A stretch of DNA of 64,000 nt from Takakia lepidozioides (lineage: Eukaryota; Plantae; Bryophyta). This document shows, in pieces, positions 57,388-64,000 of the stretch (positions are counted from its first letter, which is position 1; each line of letters starts with the position of its first letter). The stretch is from NCBI GenBank assembly GCA_030704615.1, contig CM060733.1:20894001-20958000 (forward strand), given 5' to 3'. The notes under the pieces were generated by a model that saw only the letters and a list, made by a program, of their open reading frames with translations, was not told the origin of the DNA and did no database searches. A program made the position numbers and the translations under genes.

Positions 57388-60300
57388 ATGGAGGGCCGCA
57401 GTCGGTACAGTCCTCTCTCCGTTTGTGATTCCTTCTCATGAACTCTAACTTTAGCCAGAAAACATAGCCCTCTAGATGATCACGTCATTAGAGAATTAGC
57501 TAGGCCCATTCTTGTCGACCATGACAGAGAAGTAGAGGGCATCTGGATCAATCGTTGCGCCCTAGCGCTGATGGATGGTGTAGGCTGTTATTGTTTACTT
57601 GACGCCACAGGTTTTGCTTTCATCGTTGTCCATTTATTTGTAATCACAGTAGTGTAGCTCTGGGTGCAGCATTGGATACATGAATCAGCCGCTTGGGGTA
57701 AGCACTTGTACTTTTCGGCGGTTGTAGAGTCTCGCTCTTCCACTGCCATGGACCCTTGTCAATAAGATTGAGTCTTACGAATTGAAGCTGCTTCCAGGCA
57801 TCGCTAAAAGTCCATGGATCTACAGTCTATCGGAATGCGTACAGGCTCGAGGATTTTCTCCTTGCGTCTTGCACATCGATTGGTTGACCTGAAACATGCA
57901 GCCGTTGAGGATTAGTGCTGACAGGAGAAATAGGGATTGAAATGTTTGGGGACTTGCGAACTGGGTTAGGGTTTCTGTCAGCCCTGCCGTCCTAAGATGT
58001 CTTGGAGTCCGTCCCTTTTCGAGGGAGAAAATGAAAGGAGCTGGAGGGAGGCCGACGGAACTGAAATTGCTTTGCTGCTCCCAAAATGCACCTATTCTTT
58101 GATCTGAGAACTGGTGGAATGGGCCTTTCTATGAAAGTATCTGTGTACTCTGCATCGCTATGGTTTTGAAATAGATACCGGACATCAGTAGAAGACTGTA
58201 GGCCTGTGGGCTTTGCAGTCCGGAATTGGTTTGATTCCTTACTTGCAGGGCAATCTTTTTTTAAGGCATCTTGACGAATTTAATTGCATCTTAGGAATTT
58301 GGTTGTGCAACATGCAGGGTGCTGTGCAAGTATTTCATGCATGGTGCATGCCTAAAAGGAGACGACTGCTTGTTTTCTCACAGCTGGAGCGACCAGGCCA
58401 GCAATGTATGAGACTTAAAGGATTGATCATTGAGGGTTCTTGTTCAGCAGTCTGTTGTATAGATTCATAGTTATGCATGATTGGGTTTGGTTTTATGAAT
58501 TTCCAGGGTACCTGAGATCGTTGGATCAAATGCTTGCAGACTTCTCTTCATGTCTAAATCAATTCTTCACATTAGACCTATTTCTGTGTCCAAGAGGCTT
58601 ATCTACTGGCATTTGATTAGGGCTCCATCTATCTTTGCCAAGAGAAATGGCAATCATAGACACAGGCACCTGGGCAGCATGTTGCTGTTTCCGCTCATGG
58701 AGTACAAGTTAGATTTGTAATACATCATAGGATCAGCTCTCTGCAGGTTGCAATATCAGGTGCTTGTGGTTATTGTGGTAGGGTTCTCATACAAGAGTGG
58801 CTCATGATTGGAGGTTGCCTCTTAGTCTGAATTTGCCAGTTAAGGAAATCCATACAGCCGCTGATGTTCATGGCATTAGGTGAACATGTATCTAGCTCAT
58901 ATACAACCATACGTTTGGGGTTGGTGTAACTGCAGATATGCACATTCTACCAGCGTGGTATTTGCTCTTTTGGCAGCCGATGCAGGTATGACCATGTGAA
59001 GATGTCGCGCCCACTCCCCGAGTATGTCCCACCCACTTTGTCGAGGGCCTTGCCTGCAGCTGATCTGCCACCACCGGAGGCAAGCACAACTGCAGCCAGC
59101 TTAAGCCAGCCAACCCCACTTACCTTACTATGTGCATGGCAGGATTCAGGCTCCAGTCAGCATATGACAGTTTCACCATCAGAGGGTGAGCATGTTGAGA
59201 GACCTGCTGGTGACCTTGCTGAGCGGCCAATTTGTGCGTTTGCAGCCGCTGGTGTGTGCCTTCGTGGCAACGATTGTTCCCAGCTACATGGTGATATGTG
59301 CTCGACCTGTGGCAAGCTCTGTCTGCATCCCTTCCGGCCGGCTGAAGCAGAAGAGCACAAACGCCAGTGTGAACACAATCAGAAGAAGCTGGAAGCTCTT
59401 CGCAATAGTCAGGAGATTGAGTGTTGTGTGTGTCTAGAACGAGTGCTTTCCAAGCCCACAGTTGCAGGGCGTAAGTTTGGTTTGATGGCAGGGTGTGACC
59501 ACCCTTTCTGCATCGGTTGTATTCGAGGGTGGCGCAGTGGATCTCATGCACCAGGCATGGACTTGGACACAGTGGTGCGTGCCTGCCCTGTGTGCCGCGT
59601 GTCTTCACACTTTGTCGTCCCTAGTGTAGTCTGGTATTCCAGTTCTGCAGAAAAGGAGGAGATTATCAACGGCTACAAGAATAAGCTGAGGTTTGTGGGT
59701 CTTGAAACTGGCTTGAAACACACTGCGATTTCTTCTGCGCGGTTGACCATATGAACTTTCACTTAAATGTTTGAAGCAGTGTGTATTGCACAAAGGTTTA
59801 GTTTCTTTTGGAGAAGCAATGTGTGATAACTTTTTACTCTAGTGTTCTGTCATGAATTACCGGTCCTCACGGGTAGCTTATTGTAGACCTACTGAGTGTG
59901 GAGTTGTGCATGCAGCAATATTGACTGCAGGTATTTTGACTATGGGAATGGTGCCTGTCCATTTGGGACAAGCTGCTTCTATAAAGTATGTTGTCACCTT
60001 TGACTCTTGTGCACATTAGTAGCCATATGGCACAGCTTGGAAAGTCCATGAATATGTAGATATTGGCATAGTTGGTTCAAGTCTTTTTTCTTTTGTTCGG
60101 ATTTTGTAAATCTTGTCTCTAGCTGGGTTTCACTGATTCATGGGGATTAATTGGCTGCACAAGCTAGTAAAAGTTAGTCCAAAAATGGAGATAGAAACTG
60201 TCTGGTACTGGTGGGTCCTTTGATGATTTGTTGAAATGTTCCACTGGACTCAGTGCTCTTCCCAAATGTGCTTGTGCTTTTGGGCCAATTTTTCATGGTT

Positions 60301-60718
60301 GTGGGTGCTAGACGTAGGTCACATCGGCTTTTGATAGTAGTTATAATAGTGGGTTTCTGTGTTTCAATTATGCACTATTGATCCTTGCATTTTTTGGTAT
60401 ATGCAGCATGGATATAAAGATGGCAGGCTAGAGGAGGTAAAGCTGCGTCACCTTGGTGCCGCAGATGGCAATACAGTTATCGCCAAGAATGTTCGGTGTG
60501 TGTCCTTCATTGATCTTGAGATGGTACATTTTCAAATGGAATGCTTTGTAAATGGTTGATCACTGCTAACTGTAAAGTATACAGCAATTATGGCTTGTTT
60601 ATCTGGACATTGTTCAGAAGCTGCCTGACCTCTTGTGTACTGTGTGGAGGGCTGCAGGTTATCTGACTTTTTGGCCAGGTTGAATGTGGGAACCGATGTC
60701 AGTGGCAGAAGTGGATAA
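57388..60718 (+). CDS. MKRN: Makorin-type C3H zinc finger / RING E3 ubiquitin ligase (start exon uncertain: ATG 57388 or 57521)
   Basis: Exon at 58318 '[21 protein letters not shown]'; ~58936 '[20 protein letters not shown]' through RING 'CCVCLERV...[14 protein letters not shown]...CPVCR'; ~59916 '[22 protein letters not shown]'; 60407 '[11 protein letters not shown]'; last exon 'LSDFLARL...*' ending at 60718. Confidence 0.92.
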
Positions 60719-63700
60719 ATATGGGCACCTGTACATAGGTAGGTCCGGGTGTGACTTTGAAGAAGGATGTGTTTTTCGTAGCTTAGTACAATGAAGAGTC
60801 TACAACAGTTCTGATTTCTTCTTCAAGTGACCAAGCGAGATACTGTTTGCAAAAGAAAAGAAAAGTGGACATAATTTAAGCCCTGATTGGCTACTGTCTT
60901 CCGTTTGGAAGGTGGACACCTTAAGGTGTTCTCCTTTATGGGGTTGGCTGGAATGGGTGACATCCGAGAGAGAATTTACTTACAAGACATTGTTTGCTGT
61001 AGCCTTGTGGCCATAGACCACGCGCCCAGTGCGGAACAAAAGGGAACAGACACTACCTATGCGAGTGGGACATGCCTTGATATAAACCAGTAGTTTGGGC
61101 GTTCTAGATTTCCTCTAGAAAGCCCTTCACATAAGCATCAATATTCTGCTGTGTTGATCTGCCCAACAATTAGACTCCAACAGGGCCGGGGCTTTAAGCT
61201 CAGCCTCAAGATTTTCAAAGTTGGTGAACAGAAGAATGTCTTGATGTCTATATCTTGATGATCCTGAAGAGGGTCGCCTGATGAGAGTACCCCAGATATT
61301 GTATCGGAAAATGGATATTGTCTTCAGGCTGCCGACACATCAGGCATTTACAATATCTCCCTTTCCTCTCTGTATCTGTTTACTGTTCAAAGGTAGGCTC
61401 CCCGCCCTGAGATAAAAATTCGGTCTAGTGCAGAGGGTAGCCCTTCAAATCATCCTTAAGGTCCTCACCAATGTCACAGACTGGACACAAGTTCAGGGAA
61501 GTTGTTGCCTGACTTATTATTCGGACATTGTCTTTCCAACATGGCCTTAGATACTTCAGCCTCCAAGTCAGCTTCAATTAGACACTTCTCTTAGTGAGCT
61601 AGGGTACTGCTCCTGGTCTGGGATGTTCTCTATGGTGACATCTAAAATGAATCTATGTGACAACTTGCAAGGCAGCCTTGTGTCCTAACCTGTGGGCCAT
61701 CTGTTGGATGCTTTTTGTTTGGAAATGGAGGTGCAGAACTGAAGATGCGGAAACTTCCAAGGAACCCCTTAGTCTCTAAGGGCACTATGGGATATTGTGT
61801 GGTAATTAGTTTGCAAAGTGCAACATATGCAAGCTTGGCCAGCATTTTGGGTGATACGAAAATTTCCTTCAAAGGTATGAAAAATTATCATGATAAGTAC
61901 ATCACTAGATGTTTTTGCTATGGCCTCTGTTCTATGTTGTGGGATTTTTTGGTTGTATGTTGCATTGTTGTAAAATGTGAATTAGTATTCAGTCATAAGA
62001 ATATACTGGTCCTTTGAATGGTACTCTTGGCACCCCTTCCATCAGTCTGGTGCAACATCTTAGAAGAGATGCACAGGAGGGCATTCATTGTCATGGAATT
62101 TTGTGTTATCTACTACTTGATCAGGTAATCTTGGTGGTTAAATTACACTGATATTAGCATTGTGGTTTTTGCTTGCAGAGTATATAGATGTCCATATGTG
62201 GATGTCCATACACCAGCATGTATGCCCTGTGCATGTATTCTCTGGTGGCTTGGCTTTCAATCTATTAGGGTGCAAACAAGATGTGGTTTTTGTTTGAGAG
62301 CTCTAATGTAAAGGCTTGAAAAACCCAATTGAAGCTGTGGCCAAATCAGTCTCTGCATTTCAAATGTTGCTTGCCTGAGCCCCTATTATCTTGGGGCTCT
62401 TTTCTGTCAATAAATTGTCTACCAATAACGTCACGATCTCATTCTTGATGACTTGGGTTGTTGGTTGGGGGGGGGAGACAAAGCCATCAAAATCATTTGG
62501 TCAAGATTTGGTCCACTACATTTCTTGGAGGCTGCAATATGGGCTCTTTTTCATTGTACAGACTCCAAATATCTATCATAATGTGTGGGTCAAGGTAATG
62601 TTTAATTGGCATTCCTGAGCGAATTGATCTTCTATGAGACATTCTTCAAATCATGTTTATAAGTATATGTGAGCCAAGGGTTGGGAGGGTGTGATTCATG
62701 CCCTATAATCTCTTAGCCCTAGAAACAACTTTCTCATTATCTTTCTGTCAGAGTTCATTCCTGCACCCCTAACTAAGCGTGCATCGCGAGGAAGAGAGAA
62801 CCTTATCCACGCACAAAATGATCCACGCACAAAATGAGGCTTCACAGGCTTGATTTGTGAGCGGTGGTTCACAAGTGTCTCCTTAAAAAAGGGGGGAAGA
62901 AAGGCCTTTAATTATTCGAAACCATTAGGAGCTCCACCCTATAGGCTATGGCATGTCTGGAAGGCTGCACCAAAACGTTCCCAGGCCTCACGCGCACCAT
63001 CTCTACCATGTTACATTTGGTTTACCAAAGACCAATGAGGCTACAAAGGCATGGGCTATATTTTGTGCAAATACTCCACAAAATGCAGTGGCGCTACATG
63101 TTGTCTTTAGAGCTAATTGGGCACATCAAGACTCGTATGCAGCAGTTTCGCAAGACTAGTGTGTCTGGAACAAACATCCCCCGGACTACTGGCACAACAT
63201 TTGCACAACCATCCACCACATCCCCCAAGTCCAAACGTGATATCAATTGCCGACACGTGAAAGACACCTCCAAAGCTTCATGACTCCTCTGATCTTTTCT
63301 GCTACTTAGTAGGCCTTAGGCTCATTGTACTTAGTTGTGGACTAGTTCTTGCCTCTTGCTTCTCATCTTGCTTATCTTGCTTTCTTGTGAATGAATGAAT
63401 GAACACACAATGAAGAAAAAAACTAAAACTCAAATTTGCTTGAAGTTGTGAACACTAGTAAACTGAAACACAACCGTTGAGGTATTGGCCTGTGGGGCTT
63501 GGGCTCTGCCCCTGTAATGTCTCCGAGGGGGGGAAAATGGGTTTATTTTCCCCCCCTCAAGCCCCAAATTCTGGGGCTGCTGTTTCCTTGGGGAAAAAAA
63601 AACTGTAAAAGAGAAGAGTCGTTGCTGTGTGTCATCAAAGTCACGAGAGCACCGACCACATGGAGTACAGATCATCCGCGTCACGATGGGGGAGGGGGGG

Positions 63701-64000
63701 ATGTGTGAGGCAGGTGTCTTTCAGTGGAGGGCCACGCTGAGGCGTCGGTGGTGATGTGAATGCTCGAAATCAGAAGAGGATATGTGGAACAGATGCTGTT
63801 TCTAATTCCAGCACGCACCAACATGTTTGCTTTGCGAAATCACGAAAATGAAGGTGCCTCTGCATGCGATGAATGGTGAGGTTACATTGCGTGGCGCCCT
63901 GCCACAGTCTGCACTCGGACACATGTTGCCATCTCATGGTTGCACGGGCTTCTGCTTGCCAAGTTTCGAGATCGGAGTGGGCAGGATAGTTCAGCGATAT

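Noticed and set aside
61100-64000. Short ORFs (e.g. 62948-63283) as a gene or transposase fragment
   Set aside because: No recognisable domain; likely intergenic or highly decayed repeat.

Overview
This is eukaryotic nuclear DNA from a land plant. A non-seed plant (bryophyte or lycophyte grade) is inferred from the gene content and the style of the DYW-PPR; the species cannot be identified from sequence alone. From left to right the window holds: (1) a decayed near-full-length L1-type LINE with an A16 tail (~1.1-8.0 kb); (2) two tandem heavy-metal-associated (HMA) domain genes on the minus strand; (3) a ~24 kb multi-exon minus-strand gene (~16.0-39.7 kb); (4) an intronless phosphoglucan water dikinase (PWD) transcribed divergently from gene 3; (5) SF3B6/p14; (6) a DYW-type PPR pseudogene; (7) ELP5, head-to-head with (8) a makorin-type C3H/RING E3 ligase. 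The main finding is gene 3. When its exons are spliced by hand it encodes a soluble-adenylyl-cyclase (ADCY10/sAC)-like protein: two class III cyclase domains with the catalytic residues present, then a STAND NTPase and helical/TPR-like repeats. A two-component receiver domain with its phospho-acceptor Asp is inserted inside the first cyclase domain. The gene's introns contain a 366-bp TRIM whose two LTRs each carry a tRNA-like sequence, and about ten 3' ends of a second LINE family. Exon boundaries were read by eye and some are approximate.
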